From assembly GCA_000993615.1 (NCBI GenBank), contig LBWM01000003.1, forward strand, positions 16,125-80,124: DNA of 64,000 bases, in the 5' to 3' direction. The notes below the pieces were generated by a model that did not search any database, had not been told where the DNA came from, and saw only the letters and a program-made list of their open reading frames with translations. Below are positions 22,497 to 34,578 of the stretch, in pieces. This DNA is from Candidatus Peregrinibacteria bacterium GW2011_GWF2_39_17 (GTDB lineage Bacteria; Patescibacteriota; Gracilibacteria; UBA1369; UBA12473). Position 1 is the stretch's first letter. Each line of letters begins with the position of its first letter. Both the position numbers and the translations under genes were made by a program.

Positions 22497-25124
22497 ATGC
22501 CCAAACCAACTGACGATCATCGTGATGACTCCTTACCAGAAGAAAACAAACCCGAAGAATCATCCCAGGAGATAAACAGCGACCAAGTTAACGATATTCC
22601 TCCGCAATTATTTAATTCAAGATATCGCCTAAAATCTATTTCTGATGAAATGGAGGAATGCTATTTGGATTACGCCATGAGCGTTATTGTTTCACGTGCT
22701 TTGCCGGATGTTAGAGATGGGCTTAAACCTGTTCATCGTCGTATTTTATACGTTATGCAAGAATCTGGGTTAAGGGCCAGTGCAAAATATCGCAAATCAG
22801 CTAATGTGGTTGGTGAAGTTCTGGGTAAATATCATCCTCATGGCGATACAGCTGTTTATGACTCCATGGTACGTATGGCGCAAAGTTTTTCTTTACGCTA
22901 TCCACTAGTAGATGGACAAGGTAATTTCGGCTCCATTGATGGGGACAGCCCCGCAGCCTATCGATACACCGAAGCCAGAATGTCTAAAATCGCAGAAGAA
23001 ATGCTGGCTGATATCGACAAAGAAACCGTTGATTGGGTGGATAATTATGACGCAACCAGGAAAGAACCACGTGTCTTACCAGCCAAAATACCGCAACTTT
23101 TACTCAATGGAACAGTAGGTATTGCCGTTGGCATGGCCACCAACATTCCTCCTCATAATTTAAGTGAATTGATAGATGGTCTAATTGCTCTTATTGGCAA
23201 TCCACAAATGACAGTTGAAGATTTAATGGGACATGTTAAAGGTCCTGATTTCCCAACAGCCGGCCTTATTTATGACAAGGAAGCCATAAAAGCCATGTAT
23301 GTTAATGGACGAGGAGGAATTGTCATGAGAGCCAGAGCCATCATTGAAGAAACCAGAGCTGGAAGATCGCATATTCTTGTTACCGAAATCCCCTATCAAG
23401 TGAATAAAGCTACCTTAATTGAAAAAATTGCGGATCTAGTTAGAGATAAAAAAATTCAGGGAATAAGCGACATTCGAGATGAATCAAGCCGTAACGAGAT
23501 TAGAATTGTTATTGAACTTAAAAAGGATGCTTATCCGAAAAAAATCTTAAATCAGCTTTTTAAGTTAACCCAGATGCAAAGCAGTTTCAATATGAATATG
23601 ATTGCTCTAGTAGATGGCATTCAACCTCGCCTACTTAATCTTAAACAAGTTCTTGAATACTTTATTGAACACCGTAAGGAAGTCATTACCAGACGAACTC
23701 AATATGAACTAAAAATTGCCAAAGCCCGCGCCCATATTTTAGAAGGACTAAAAATTGCCTTAGACCATATTGATGCGGTTATTGCGACAATTAAAAAATC
23801 GAAAACCAAGGAGGATGCTTCAGGGGCTTTGCAAAAAGAATTCAAGCTTACTGTTCTTCAAGCGCAAGCTATTTTAGAAATGCGACTTCAAACCTTGGCC
23901 GGGCTGGAACGTCAAAAAATCGAGGATGAATACTTGGAGAAAATAGCTTTAATTACGGAGTTGGAAGGAATTTTAACTGATTCAAAAAAAGTTTTAAATA
24001 TCCTAAAAAAGGAATTAGCGGAAATAAAAATGAAATATGGAGACGATCGCCGGACTGAAATTATTCCCCATGCGGTCAATGAAATTTCCCAAAAAGATAC
24101 TATCCCCAATATGCCAATATTGGTTATGCTCAGCAAGGAAGGTTATATTAAAAGAATTCTCCCAAATTCTTTTAAACAACAACATCGAGGAGGTAAAGGC
24201 ATTATTGGGATGACAACCAAAGAAGAAGACGAAATAAGAATTATGCTTTATGCCAATAACCATGATGATTTACTGTATTTTACTAATCGTGGCCGTGTTT
24301 TTTCTTTGCCGGTTTACGAAATACCCCAAACTTCTCGCACCGCGAAAGGTCAAGCTATTGTTAATTTACTGCAACTTCAAAAAGACGAACGAGTAACAGC
24401 AATCCTAATTTCTAATCAAAATGCAACCCGACAATTTTTATTTATGGGTACTAACCGGGGGACAGTTAAAAAAACCGCGATTGAGCAATTTAAAAACATG
24501 CGAAAGACTGGTTTAATTGCGATTAAATTGCGCGATGGTGATGAATTGGAATGGGTTAAAGAAACGTCTGGTAGCGATACCGTGGTTCTGGTTAGCAGGG
24601 AAGGTAAATGTATTCAATTCCCGGAAAAAGATGTGCGTTCTATGGGTCGCACCGCTACTGGAGTACGCGGAATGCGCTTAAAAGGTGATGACGAAGTAAT
24701 TCAAATGGATGTTATTAGGGGGGAAAACGGAGATTTATTAATAGTAACTCAAAATGGTCTTGGGAAACGCACTGCTCTGGTAAATTACCGCTCCCAGGGG
24801 CGTGGCGGATCAGGCGTTAAAACCGCTAATTTAAATCCAAGAACAGGTAAAGTAGTGGGGGCAGAAGTTATTATTAAAGAATTACAAGGTGATCTTATTA
24901 TTATTTCAAAACTGGGACAAATTATACGCCTGCCATTAGAATCAATTCCAACGAGGGGAAGAGCAACACAAGGAGTTTATTTAATGCGGATGAAAAATTC
25001 AGGTGATATAGTCGCCTCTATTTCTATAATTCGCAAGGATGAAGATTTGCCTGAAGATCAATTAGGGGAAAATAATTTAAAAGAAGAGGCAGAAGAAGCT
25101 CCCACACAACCTACGCTTGTCTAA
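22497..25124 (+). CDS. gyrA: DNA gyrase subunit A
   Basis: [30 protein letters not shown], GyrA box QHRGGKG. Confidence 0.98.
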   Translation: MPKPTDDHRDDSLPEENKPEESSQEINSDQVNDIPPQLFNSRYRLKSISDEMEECYLDYAMSVIVSRALPDVRDGLKPVHRRILYVMQESGLRASAKYRKSANVVGEVLGKYHPHGDTAVYDSMVRMAQSFSLRYPLVDGQGNFGSIDGDSPAAYRYTEARMSKIAEEMLADIDKETVDWVDNYDATRKEPRVLPAKIPQLLLNGTVGIAVGMATNIPPHNLSELIDGLIALIGNPQMTVEDLMGHVKGPDFPTAGLIYDKEAIKAMYVNGRGGIVMRARAIIEETRAGRSHILVTEIPYQVNKATLIEKIADLVRDKKIQGISDIRDESSRNEIRIVIELKKDAYPKKILNQLFKLTQMQSSFNMNMIALVDGIQPRLLNLKQVLEYFIEHRKEVITRRTQYELKIAKARAHILEGLKIALDHIDAVIATIKKSKTKEDASGALQKEFKLTVLQAQAILEMRLQTLAGLERQKIEDEYLEKIALITELEGILTDSKKVLNILKKELAEIKMKYGDDRRTEIIPHAVNEISQKDTIPNMPILVMLSKEGYIKRILPNSFKQQHRGGKGIIGMTTKEEDEIRIMLYANNHDDLLYFTNRGRVFSLPVYEIPQTSRTAKGQAIVNLLQLQKDERVTAILISNQNATRQFLFMGTNRGTVKKTAIEQFKNMRKTGLIAIKLRDGDELEWVKETSGSDTVVLVSREGKCIQFPEKDVRSMGRTATGVRGMRLKGDDEVIQMDVIRGENGDLLIVTQNGLGKRTALVNYRSQGRGGSGVKTANLNPRTGKVVGAEVIIKELQGDLIIISKLGQIIRLPLESIPTRGRATQGVYLMRMKNSGDIVASISIIRKDEDLPEDQLGENNLKEEAEEAPTQPTLV

Positions 25125-25145
25125 ACCTCTATCTCTTTTTAATCT

Positions 25146-26447
25146 ATGAAAAAAATCCTCCCTGCTTTACTCACTTTATGCTTGGGGCTATCCATTATCC
25201 CCCTTGTTTTTGCGGATTCTGGCGACCTCGCCTTAACCTCGGATAATGTTTATCTATCGGATACAACTATTGTTCATAATCAAGCGGTTCGTATTTACGC
25301 TACTGTAAAAAACAACAGTAGCAATCAAGATTTATTGGGTTCGGTTCAATTTAAAAACCAAACAACCGGCCATCAAATCGGAAATGATCAGCCAATTTCC
25401 GTCCGCGGTGGAGGAACAGACACGGTATTTGTAGACTGGAGACCAATGGCCGGCACCTACACTATTGTGACAACAGTTTATCCTTGGGACACGGCTGGCG
25501 ATGATTCTGCTAATAATCAAATCAGCTTTGCAGTAACTGTCGATTATGATTACGATAATGATGGGGTTGGAAATGCCCAAGATCCAGATGATGACAATGA
25601 TGGGGTAGCAGATAAAGAAGACTTATTCCCTTTGGACAAAAATGAATCCCAAGATACAGATCAAGATGGCCTAGGTAATAATGCGGATCTGGATGATGAC
25701 AATGACGGTACTTTAGATGAAGTTGATGCCTTGCCACAGGATGCCAATGAATTCGTGGATACAGACGAAGATGGGACCGGCAATAATACTGATTTTGATG
25801 ATGACAACGATGGACTTTCTGATGTTTATGAGCAATCGACGACTGATCCAAATTCCGGTGAAGCAAAACCCAGCACCAATCCCTTATTAGCGGATACTGA
25901 TACCGATGGATATAACGATCAAGTTGATACTTTCCCAAGTGATTCAACCGAATGGGAAGACACGGATCACGATAATATCGGAGATAATACTGATTTTGAT
26001 GATGATGGAGATGGGTTAGCTGACCTTGAAGATGATTATCCTAAAAATCACGGCCCTGTCATTACAGTGGAACGCTATGAAGAAACTGATCCGGCTACGC
26101 TAGAAAAATTTTTAATTCTTGACGCCTCAAAATCTAGTGACCCAGATGGTTCCGCCGAACGCCTTAAATTTCAATGGTTTACGAAAGAAGGACGCTTAAT
26201 TGGGGAAGAAGCGATCTTTAAACTAGCAATTCCCTTTAAAAATATTTTACCCTCTACGCTGATGGTATTTGATGAAAATGGAGAATCAAGAACATTTAAT
26301 TTAAGCCTAACAGGGAAAGGTTATCTCAAAATTATGGGAGGAGCGCTCAGCATTTCACTGCTACTGACTCTTGCATTGATTATCTATTTAAAGTACACTG
26401 CCTCCGCTCGTTCTGATAAAAAATCATCTAAACCTAAGAAAAAATAA
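25146..26447 (+). CDS. Surface protein with CARDB-like domain, thrombospondin type 3 repeats, PKD-like domain and C-terminal TM
   Basis: Signal peptide, many DxDxDG repeats, [11 protein letters not shown]. Confidence 0.85.
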   Translation: MKKILPALLTLCLGLSIIPLVFADSGDLALTSDNVYLSDTTIVHNQAVRIYATVKNNSSNQDLLGSVQFKNQTTGHQIGNDQPISVRGGGTDTVFVDWRPMAGTYTIVTTVYPWDTAGDDSANNQISFAVTVDYDYDNDGVGNAQDPDDDNDGVADKEDLFPLDKNESQDTDQDGLGNNADLDDDNDGTLDEVDALPQDANEFVDTDEDGTGNNTDFDDDNDGLSDVYEQSTTDPNSGEAKPSTNPLLADTDTDGYNDQVDTFPSDSTEWEDTDHDNIGDNTDFDDDGDGLADLEDDYPKNHGPVITVERYEETDPATLEKFLILDASKSSDPDGSAERLKFQWFTKEGRLIGEEAIFKLAIPFKNILPSTLMVFDENGESRTFNLSLTGKGYLKIMGGALSISLLLTLALIIYLKYTASARSDKKSSKPKKK

Positions 26448-26809
26448 TGAAAAATGGCATTCATCCAACCTATTATAAAGACGCCACTATCACTTGTTCA
26501 TGTGGGAATGTGATTAAAGTGGGTTCTACGATTCAAGCCTATGGGACAGAACTTTGTTCCAAATGTCATCCTTTTTATACCGGCAAAAAGAAAACTGTGG
26601 ATACGGCCGGTAGAATTGAAAAATTCAAATCAATGCAAAAATTAGCTCTAGTAGCGAAGGAAAAAGTTAAAAACAAAAAAGAAAAACGCCGAGGATCGAT
26701 TGAGGAAAAAATTAATCAGGAACTACAAAAACAAGCTGATGTTGATCGCAAAAAAGAAGAAAAATTAATGTCAAAAATTCGCAAAAATAGGCCTCAAGAA
26801 GAAAATTAA
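26447..26809 (+). CDS. rpmE: 50S ribosomal protein L31 (Zn-binding type) with charged C-terminal extension
   Basis: [29 protein letters not shown]. Confidence 0.95.
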   Translation: MKNGIHPTYYKDATITCSCGNVIKVGSTIQAYGTELCSKCHPFYTGKKKTVDTAGRIEKFKSMQKLALVAKEKVKNKKEKRRGSIEEKINQELQKQADVDRKKEEKLMSKIRKNRPQEEN

Positions 26810-26821
26810 ATCTGGCAAAAT

Positions 26822-27883
26822 ATGGCTGGTAGCACTTTTGGAAATATTTTCCGCATTACTACTTGGGGAGAATCTCATGGCAAAGCAATTGGCGGCGTTG
26901 TTGATGGGTGTCCGGCCGGTATTTTGCTGTCGGAAAAAGATATTCAGCCTGATTTAGATCGACGGCGCCCAGGGCAAAGTGCCGTAACAACCAGCCGAGA
27001 TGAAAAAGATAAGGTTGAAATTCTTTCGGGGGTTTTTGAAGGGAAAACAACGGGGACGCCGATTTCGCTCATCATCTGGAATCAGGACCAACACTCAAAA
27101 GATTATGCAGCACTTAAAAATGTCTATCGGCCAGGCCATGCGGATGAGGTATATGATTTAAAATATGGTTTTCGGGATTATCGAGGCGGCGGCCGCGCTT
27201 CAGCTCGAGAAACTACTGTGCGTGTGGCGGCCGCCGCCATTGCCAAAAAAATATTTCAAGAGCTTAATTTACCCACCCAGGTCATCGCCTATACCAAACA
27301 AATTCAAGAATTAATAATTGAAAAACCAAATCTCGAGGTTATTGAGCAAAACAATATTCGCGCTGCTGATTTAGCTATCGCCAAAAAAATGGAAGAACGA
27401 ATTTTGAATTTACAAAATAAAGGAGATTCGGTCGGAGCTATAATCGAGATTATAATCAAAGATTGTCCGAAAGGATTAGGAGAACCAGTTTTTGATAAAT
27501 TTAAGGCTGATTTGGCAAAAGCCTTGATGAGCATTAATGCCATCGTGGGATTTGAATACGGAGCCGGATTCGCAGTCGCTAACATGAAAGGAAGTACCCA
27601 TAATCAACTAGAAACCGGTATTTTAGGTGGAATTACTAATGGCGAAGAAATAATTTTAAAAGTCGCCGTTAAACCAACTTCTTCTCTTGAACTTCATAAA
27701 TTGGCTAAAGGAGCCCCGAAAGGAAGACACGATCCTTGCTTGGCTCCGCGAGCTGTCCCAGTGGTTGAGGCTATGTGCTGGCTCGTTCTCATAGATCATT
27801 ATTTACGAAATCAGTCCGCTCGGATATCCAGAAAAAAGGAGCCGCTGAGTTCATCAACTGCTCCTTTTAAACGTTCCCATTAA
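26822..27883 (+). CDS. aroC: Chorismate synthase
   Basis: TWGESHG, RPGHAD, GGGRASARET, KPTSS, GRHDPC. Confidence 0.95.
   Translation: MAGSTFGNIFRITTWGESHGKAIGGVVDGCPAGILLSEKDIQPDLDRRRPGQSAVTTSRDEKDKVEILSGVFEGKTTGTPISLIIWNQDQHSKDYAALKNVYRPGHADEVYDLKYGFRDYRGGGRASARETTVRVAAAAIAKKIFQELNLPTQVIAYTKQIQELIIEKPNLEVIEQNNIRAADLAIAKKMEERILNLQNKGDSVGAIIEIIIKDCPKGLGEPVFDKFKADLAKALMSINAIVGFEYGAGFAVANMKGSTHNQLETGILGGITNGEEIILKVAVKPTSSLELHKLAKGAPKGRHDPCLAPRAVPVVEAMCWLVLIDHYLRNQSARISRKKEPLSSSTAPFKRSH
27832..27868 (-). terminator. Intrinsic terminator for the SLH gene, overlapping the 3' end of aroC
   Basis: Minus strand AAAAGGAGC...GCTCCTTTTTT hairpin plus T-run. Confidence 0.55.
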
Positions 27884-27893
27884 ATTACTCCTA

Positions 27894-29870
27894 TTACTCC
27901 TCGGTCGCTTGATAATATTGATAGAGCGCCACGGCTACATCATAGCGCGTTAGATTTTCACCCGGGTTCAAATATTTAGCGCTATCAGCCAACATTAGGT
28001 TATAGTAAGGTTCTAACCCAGCATAAGGCGCAAAATAATCATCAGCTGAAACATCTAAAAAGGAATATCCCAAATTTTGGGTAAGACCAAATGTTAGGGC
28101 AAACATTTTAAGCCATTCAGCCTTATTAACGGTTTGAAGGGGCTTAAAAGTACCATCCGGATAACCGCGCACAATCCCATGTCCCAAAGCAAAGCCAACA
28201 TATTTTGAGTACCATTGATCAGTTTGTAAATCAGAAAGGTTACTGGCACGAGAAGAAAGGGAATCCTTGGCCTCCTTCTTAGCTCCTTCAATTAACATTT
28301 TTAGAGCTTCAATCCGATTGATGTCATTTTCACCTTTAAAGGTTCCATCTGGATAACCCTTCACGATGCCACGATTATAAAGATCAAGAACAGCCTGCCC
28401 CTCTAAAGTAGATTCGTCCACATCGGGGAAAGGATTAGTTGATCTATATTCCAATTGTTTCTCAAGACAATTATCTTCGCTTAATTCAGCTATTTCACCT
28501 ACTTCATCTTTGCTATCAACACAAATTTTAGCGACATCACCTCTTGTGAAATAATCTACAGCCACAGAATCAATAACCGTCGATTGCTTATAAAGTAAAA
28601 AATTCGTATCGGAAAGGTTAGCCCAATCATAGCCACCATTGTTTAAAGGCTCCGCAGCATTCATATCACTCCCTTTTACATAAACGCCCCAGGTAATTAA
28701 CCCGCTTTCTGCGGTTACATCAGCATGACCTTCATTCGCTAATTTGAAGGCAAGAGTATCATATTCCTCCCCTAATTCAGCTTTAACTAAATAAACATCC
28801 TTAACCACTAAATCAGGAAGCAATTTGGCTTCAAGCTCATTATTGGTTTCATCATATTCATAAACCGAATTTTCCGAATCAATAACTACTTTAACGTCAG
28901 CTCCACTATAATCTCCGCCTTGCAACATATATTCCATTTCCCCTCCCTCATATAAAAATGTTTGAATATGTCCGGCATTTTTCTCATCTTCCCAATTGTA
29001 ATCATACTTTAATTCCCCGTTAATATAAATTTTAGTGTGCCCAGCTTTCCTCTGGGTAACATCATCAACAGCATAATATCCACTTGTCTGAAGAATGGCC
29101 ATTCCATTATTAATTACCTTAACAAGGATTGCTCCATCCGCATTAAGATAAATATCCGAAACGCCAAGATCAGACATCACTTCTTCTGGGTAAGGTGAAT
29201 ACACATCCATTGTCAAATCGTTGTTTGTCTTACTCCACTCGGAATTTTGTAATTCCTGTGGGGAAATAGAAATTGCGGCATTAGCTTCATAAGTCTTACC
29301 TACTTCTATCCCAAATTCGGTCGTATGACCCATATTTAGGTCATAGCAATAACTTCCATCTACTAAGAGAGTCTGTGCTGGCATCGTTGAATCTTTTTCT
29401 GCCCATTCCCCATTCGCGGTTAACGTAACCGTAAAAACATTCTGGGTTGGATCAGTTGAAGGATTCTTGACGCAAACTTTAACATAAAAAGAATCATAGA
29501 TATTATACATTGGATCAATAGAAGTTGTTTCCTTGTTTCCAATCGAAATAGCGGAAGGATAAACATCAATAGCATTGGGATCCTGGTTAGCCGTTAATTC
29601 TGAGTCAAGCTGAAGATCGCCAGACTCAAGATCAAGATTCCCTTTTACCCCCTCGCTTGAATCTTCAACCTCGCCCGTACTCAATTCCGGATCAAGCTCG
29701 GGATCAAACTGCCCTGGTACTGTTGTCCCTGTCCCACCAGGAGCATCCGTGGTTTCATTGGTAGCCAGAGCCCATGCGGCTCCAGCAGGAAACATGGTAA
29801 CAAAGAGACTAAGTACAACAAAAACAGCCAAAAGTCTCTTGGTTTTTTTAAAGAATAAGGAATAATACAT
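27894..29870 (-). CDS. S-layer homology (SLH) and CARDB domain surface protein
   Basis: Signal peptide, PDLVV/EYDETNN CARDB motifs, two GYPDGTFK SLH repeats. Confidence 0.88.
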   Translation of the reverse strand: MYYSLFFKKTKRLLAVFVVLSLFVTMFPAGAAWALATNETTDAPGGTGTTVPGQFDPELDPELSTGEVEDSSEGVKGNLDLESGDLQLDSELTANQDPNAIDVYPSAISIGNKETTSIDPMYNIYDSFYVKVCVKNPSTDPTQNVFTVTLTANGEWAEKDSTMPAQTLLVDGSYCYDLNMGHTTEFGIEVGKTYEANAAISISPQELQNSEWSKTNNDLTMDVYSPYPEEVMSDLGVSDIYLNADGAILVKVINNGMAILQTSGYYAVDDVTQRKAGHTKIYINGELKYDYNWEDEKNAGHIQTFLYEGGEMEYMLQGGDYSGADVKVVIDSENSVYEYDETNNELEAKLLPDLVVKDVYLVKAELGEEYDTLAFKLANEGHADVTAESGLITWGVYVKGSDMNAAEPLNNGGYDWANLSDTNFLLYKQSTVIDSVAVDYFTRGDVAKICVDSKDEVGEIAELSEDNCLEKQLEYRSTNPFPDVDESTLEGQAVLDLYNRGIVKGYPDGTFKGENDINRIEALKMLIEGAKKEAKDSLSSRASNLSDLQTDQWYSKYVGFALGHGIVRGYPDGTFKPLQTVNKAEWLKMFALTFGLTQNLGYSFLDVSADDYFAPYAGLEPYYNLMLADSAKYLNPGENLTRYDVAVALYQYYQATEE

Positions 29871-29951
29871 AAGATTTAGTATTAAGAAATAAAAAGCATC
29901 ACTCGATGCTATTATATAGACAAGCTTTTATTCAGCAAGTTTCAAAAAATT

Positions 29952-31088
29952 ATGTTTACTTTTAAAATAAATCATACTAATGACCGGGCTAGATTAGGTC
30001 AATATTTTACTCCTCACGGAATCATTAATACGCCAGCCTTTATTCCCTGTGGCACAAAAGGAGTTGTTAAAACTCTTGAAATAAGAGATTTGCACGATTT
30101 AGGAGTAGAAATTATGCTTTCCAATACTTATCATCTTACCATTCGACCTGGAGCCGAAGCTATAAAAAAATGGGAAGGTCTTCATCGTTGGATGGGATGG
30201 GACAAGCCGCTACTAACTGACTCAGGAGGATTTCAGGTTTTTTCTCTGAATGCCACTCGTAAAATTGACGATCAGGGCGTTGAATTTAAATCTCCATTAA
30301 ATGGAACGCGCCATTATTTTACGCCAGAATCTGTAATGCAAATTCAAGAAAAATTGGGAGCTGATATTATCATGGCTTTTGACGAATGTGCAGATGGTAA
30401 TAGCGATAAAGCATACGCTAAAAAAGCAATGGAAAGAACACATAAATGGGCTAAACAATGCCAAAAAGAAAACTCAAAGCTTCAAAAATTGCGCGCTTTA
30501 AATGGACAATTCCCGCAAGCTCTTTTTCCCATTATTCAGGGAGTAATTTATGAAGATTTAAGGATTGAATCAACTAAATTTATGGCTGATCTCGATTTAC
30601 CAGGAATCGCTATAGGGGGCTTAAGCGTGGGAGAAAAAAAAGAAGATATGTATCGTGTTCTTGACATTATTTACCCACATCTACCTAATGACAAAATCCA
30701 CTATCTAATGGGCGTAGGCAGCCCCGAAGATCTTGTTGAAGGGGTGGCTCGAGGCATTGACCTTTTTGATTGTGTACTTCCGACTCGCCTCGCCCGCCAT
30801 GGTGCTTTTTGGACCGAAACTGGTCGCTATAATATTAAGAACAAAAAATTTGAACAAGAATTAATGCCTTTAGCTGAAAACTGTACTTGTTCTACCTGCA
30901 AATCTTGTTCTTGTTCTTATATTAGACACTTATTTATGGAAAAGGAAATTACGGCTTTGCGGCTTCTCTCTATTCATAATTTACATTTTTTGCTAACATT
31001 AGTGCATGAAATTAGAGTACAAATTGGCAAAGGAAATTTTGAAAATTTTCGCCAAGAATTTCATAATCAATTCTTAAATTTAAAATAA
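29952..31088 (+). CDS. tgt: tRNA-guanine transglycosylase
   Basis: NTYHL, TDSGGFQVFSL, YLMGVG, FDCVLPTR, CTCSTC. Confidence 0.96.
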   Translation: MFTFKINHTNDRARLGQYFTPHGIINTPAFIPCGTKGVVKTLEIRDLHDLGVEIMLSNTYHLTIRPGAEAIKKWEGLHRWMGWDKPLLTDSGGFQVFSLNATRKIDDQGVEFKSPLNGTRHYFTPESVMQIQEKLGADIIMAFDECADGNSDKAYAKKAMERTHKWAKQCQKENSKLQKLRALNGQFPQALFPIIQGVIYEDLRIESTKFMADLDLPGIAIGGLSVGEKKEDMYRVLDIIYPHLPNDKIHYLMGVGSPEDLVEGVARGIDLFDCVLPTRLARHGAFWTETGRYNIKNKKFEQELMPLAENCTCSTCKSCSCSYIRHLFMEKEITALRLLSIHNLHFLLTLVHEIRVQIGKGNFENFRQEFHNQFLNLK

Positions 31089-31120
31089 TCATCTACAACA
31101 ACTTCTAATCTAATAATTTT

Positions 31121-31699
31121 ATGTTGGCTTACCTATCTGGGACGACAAAATTTAAACGCTTAAATCATGTAGTTTTGGATGTACAGGGCGTAGGTTACAA
31201 GGTCTTTATGCCCCTTTTGCTTTTGAATAGAGCTAAACTTGATTTGCCGTTGGAACTCTATATTCATACCGTGGTACGCGAGGATGATTTAAGCCTTTAT
31301 GGATTTGAGAACGAAGAACAATTAAAGTTATTTGAATTACTGCTCAGTGTGAATGGAATCGGCCCCCGCCTTGGCCTGGATCTTTTTGCCTGGCCAATTG
31401 ATAAAATTAAAAAAGCAATTCTTAATAAGGAAGTTACTACCCTAACTCAAATTCCGGGAATAGGGAAAAAAACCGCAGAAAGAATTATCCTAGAATTAAG
31501 AGAAAAATTAGGAGCACTAGATAATAATCATTTACCAGAAAATGATTCCGGGGAAACGCTAATTAAAGAGGAAATATTGGATGCCCTATTGTCCCTTGGC
31601 TACCAGAAAAAGGATATTGAAAGAGTTTATCGTGGGATCAAAGAGCCAATACCTGAAAATTCCGAGGAAATAATTAGGTATTTTCTGAAAAATATTTAA
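31121..31699 (+). CDS. ruvA: Holliday junction branch migration protein
   Basis: GVGY, VREDDLSLYGF, GIGKKTAERIILEL. Confidence 0.96.
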   Translation: MLAYLSGTTKFKRLNHVVLDVQGVGYKVFMPLLLLNRAKLDLPLELYIHTVVREDDLSLYGFENEEQLKLFELLLSVNGIGPRLGLDLFAWPIDKIKKAILNKEVTTLTQIPGIGKKTAERIILELREKLGALDNNHLPENDSGETLIKEEILDALLSLGYQKKDIERVYRGIKEPIPENSEEIIRYFLKNI

Positions 31700-32748
31700 T
31701 GTCTCAAGCTTCCCTAATCACTCATCCGCTCAATTGTGAATATCTGACTGGATTTCGAAGTTCAAAAAGCTTTTTATTAAATACACCAAATAAATCCTAT
31801 CTTTTTACTGATGCTCGTTATTTTGAGCGGGCGACTAAAATTAATTTTTCAAAAATATTAAAGAGACATTTGGAAATTAAACTCATTGATAAGCAACTAA
31901 AAGCAACTCTTACTAATTTAAGCCAAAAACACCAACTTTCGTCTTTAACTTATGAAGCAAGCCATCTAACCGTGGCACAATTTAAGCAATTTAAAAAACT
32001 TTTTAAGAAAATTAGATGGGTTGAAAATTCACTAAATACTGAAAAATTGAGGGCCATTAAAAGTACTTCGGAAATAGTCAAAATCCGTAAGTCACAAACT
32101 ATTAATGAACAAATTTTTTATTCATTAAGGGGAGCTTTAAGTAATGGCGTAAGTGAATTGGACATAGCCTTGATGATTAAACGCCTATCCTATCAATATG
32201 GAGCAGATGGAATATCCTTTGAGCCAATTATCGCTTTTGGTAATCACACTTCAATACCACACCACGAAAACACTAACAGAAAATTAAAAAGGGGAGATTT
32301 GATTTTAATTGATATGGGAATTCTTTATAAGCGTTATGCTTCGGATATGACCCGCATGCTTTTTACCAAAGCCCCAACTAAGCAACAAGAAACTATTTAT
32401 AATCTCGTATTAGAGGCTCAGGAAAAAGCCATAATAAATCTTAAGCCAAAACAAATTGCTTCTAAACTCTATAAAATTGCCAATGATCATTTTAAAATTG
32501 CTGGCCTAGCCACTAATTTTACCCATGCTCTGGGTCATGGAATCGGGCTTGAAGTGCATGAATTACCAAATCTCGCAGTCAAAGGCAAAGAGGTACTCAA
32601 GCCAGGCATGATTGTCACCTGTGAACCAGGTCTTTATTTTCCAAATAAATTTGGAATTAGAATTGAAGACATGCTCCTAATTACCAAAACTGGATCTCAA
32701 AATCTTACCAAAGTGCCGAAGCTAATAAAAGATTGCGTTCTGTCTTAA
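31699..32748 (+). CDS. Xaa-Pro aminopeptidase (M24B)
   Basis: PHH, D..YASDMTR, HALGHGIGLEVHE, EPGLY, RIED. Confidence 0.92.
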   Translation: MSQASLITHPLNCEYLTGFRSSKSFLLNTPNKSYLFTDARYFERATKINFSKILKRHLEIKLIDKQLKATLTNLSQKHQLSSLTYEASHLTVAQFKQFKKLFKKIRWVENSLNTEKLRAIKSTSEIVKIRKSQTINEQIFYSLRGALSNGVSELDIALMIKRLSYQYGADGISFEPIIAFGNHTSIPHHENTNRKLKRGDLILIDMGILYKRYASDMTRMLFTKAPTKQQETIYNLVLEAQEKAIINLKPKQIASKLYKIANDHFKIAGLATNFTHALGHGIGLEVHELPNLAVKGKEVLKPGMIVTCEPGLYFPNKFGIRIEDMLLITKTGSQNLTKVPKLIKDCVLS

Positions 32749-32784
32749 AATCTCTTAAACTTTAGTCCTCCTAATTTTCATCTT

Positions 32785-34566
32785 ATGTGTGGAATATTTG
32801 GTTATCTTGGCCCGAGAAACGATGCCGCTCACATGGCACTCCTAGGTCTAAAAAATTTAGAATATAGAGGTTATGATTCGTGGGGGGTCGCTTGTAAAAC
32901 TGATCACCATCTTGAGATTGAAAAACATATTGGGAAAATCTCCGAAGTCACTAATCTTAAAACCGAGTTAGAGCAAGCCGATACCCATCTGGCCATTGGG
33001 CACTCTCGTTGGGCAACGCACGGAGGAGTAACCGAGAATAATGCCCATCCGCATCTTAGCCAAAATGGTAAAATCGCCATTGTTCACAACGGCATTATTG
33101 AAAATTATTTAGAGCTAAGGGAAGAATTAAGCGCCAAGGGCTTTAAATTTGTTTCTGAAACTGATACCGAAACCATTGGCCACTTGATCGAATTTTACTA
33201 TCAAGGTAATTTCGAACAGGCCTTCGCTAAAGCGATTCAACGTCTACAGGGACGATATGCGGTACTGGCAATTCATAAAGATCATAACCTGATTTTAGCG
33301 GCCAGAAAAGGCTCACCACTTATTGTAGGGGTAGGCTCAACCGAAAATGAATTTTTTATCGGGTCTGATGTGCCGGCCTTTTTGCAATACACAAATCGAG
33401 TTATGTACCTAGACGATGATCAAATGGTTATTATTGGCGAAAATGGGGCCTATTTTTTAGAAATTTCAACTAAACAAGTGGTTGAAAAAAGAATCATAAC
33501 CCTAGATCTTGATTTAGAAAGTGCTGAAAAAGGTTCCTTCCCTCACTTCATGATTAAAGAAATTATGGAACAAAAAGAAACCATTCAACGAGCCATTAAC
33601 CAAGATACCAAAACTATTGAAATTCTAGCTGAAGCTATTCGCAAGGCACATGGCACTTTTTTTATAGGATGTGGGACAGCCGGGAAAGTGGCCTTAGCTG
33701 GCTCTTATCTTTTCTCTCGTATCGCTAAAAAACATGTGAATTTTACCTTTGGATCCGAATTTGCGAGTTACCAAGATTTTTTAAATGAGAAAGCATTATT
33801 GGTGTGTATTTCTCAGAGCGGAGAAACAGCCGACACCCTAGAAGCTATTGAAGTTGCAAAAAAAAAGGGAGTAACCGTGGCCTCAATTGTAAATGTGGAA
33901 AGTTCAACCATGGCCAGGACATCTGATATTGTGCTGCCGATTAAAGCCGGGCCTGAAAAAGCAGTGGCCTCAACCAAAGCCACAACCTCACAATTGGCTA
34001 TTTTAACCTTACTCGCCTACGCCACCGCAAACCGCTTAAAAGAAGGCCAATATTTACTGGTGTCCACGGCCGGAGAAATTAATGACATGCTTAATCCCCG
34101 TTACGAAGATCATATTCGCAAACTCGCAGATCAGATTAAGGAGGTGGAAAGTATGTATATTATTGGGAAGGGATTAAATTACGCCATTGCTCTTGAAGCC
34201 GCTATTAAATTGCAAGAAGTCTCTTATATTCATGCTGAGGGATTCGCGGGAGGAGAATTAAAACATGGGCCAATTGCACTTATTTCGCAGGGCACACCCT
34301 GCATTGCAATTGTAGCTAATGACGAGACCAAGGCTGATATTCTCGGCAATGCAATGGAAGTAAAAGCCCGTGGTGGTTATATTATCGGTATTTCTCCTGA
34401 TAATTCGGAAATTTTTGATTACTGGATTAAGGTACCAGATGGTGGGAATACCTCCCCGATTGTTAATATTATCCCGATTCAAATTTTGGCTTATCATTTA
34501 GCAATAGTTCGCAAGAACAATCCGGATATGCCCAGAAATTTAGCCAAAAGCGTTACGGTAAAATAA
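32785..34566 (+). CDS. glmS: Glutamine-fructose-6-phosphate aminotransferase
   Basis: MCGIFG, EYRGYDS, HSRWATHG, SQSGETAD, PRNLAKSVTV. Confidence 0.97.
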   Translation: MCGIFGYLGPRNDAAHMALLGLKNLEYRGYDSWGVACKTDHHLEIEKHIGKISEVTNLKTELEQADTHLAIGHSRWATHGGVTENNAHPHLSQNGKIAIVHNGIIENYLELREELSAKGFKFVSETDTETIGHLIEFYYQGNFEQAFAKAIQRLQGRYAVLAIHKDHNLILAARKGSPLIVGVGSTENEFFIGSDVPAFLQYTNRVMYLDDDQMVIIGENGAYFLEISTKQVVEKRIITLDLDLESAEKGSFPHFMIKEIMEQKETIQRAINQDTKTIEILAEAIRKAHGTFFIGCGTAGKVALAGSYLFSRIAKKHVNFTFGSEFASYQDFLNEKALLVCISQSGETADTLEAIEVAKKKGVTVASIVNVESSTMARTSDIVLPIKAGPEKAVASTKATTSQLAILTLLAYATANRLKEGQYLLVSTAGEINDMLNPRYEDHIRKLADQIKEVESMYIIGKGLNYAIALEAAIKLQEVSYIHAEGFAGGELKHGPIALISQGTPCIAIVANDETKADILGNAMEVKARGGYIIGISPDNSEIFDYWIKVPDGGNTSPIVNIIPIQILAYHLAIVRKNNPDMPRNLAKSVTVK

Positions 34567-34578
34567 GCGCAAGGGAAT

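Noticed and set aside
25540..26040. Repetitive GAT-rich DNA as a CRISPR or tandem array
   Set aside because: Codes for thrombospondin type 3 repeats; no identical repeats with spacers
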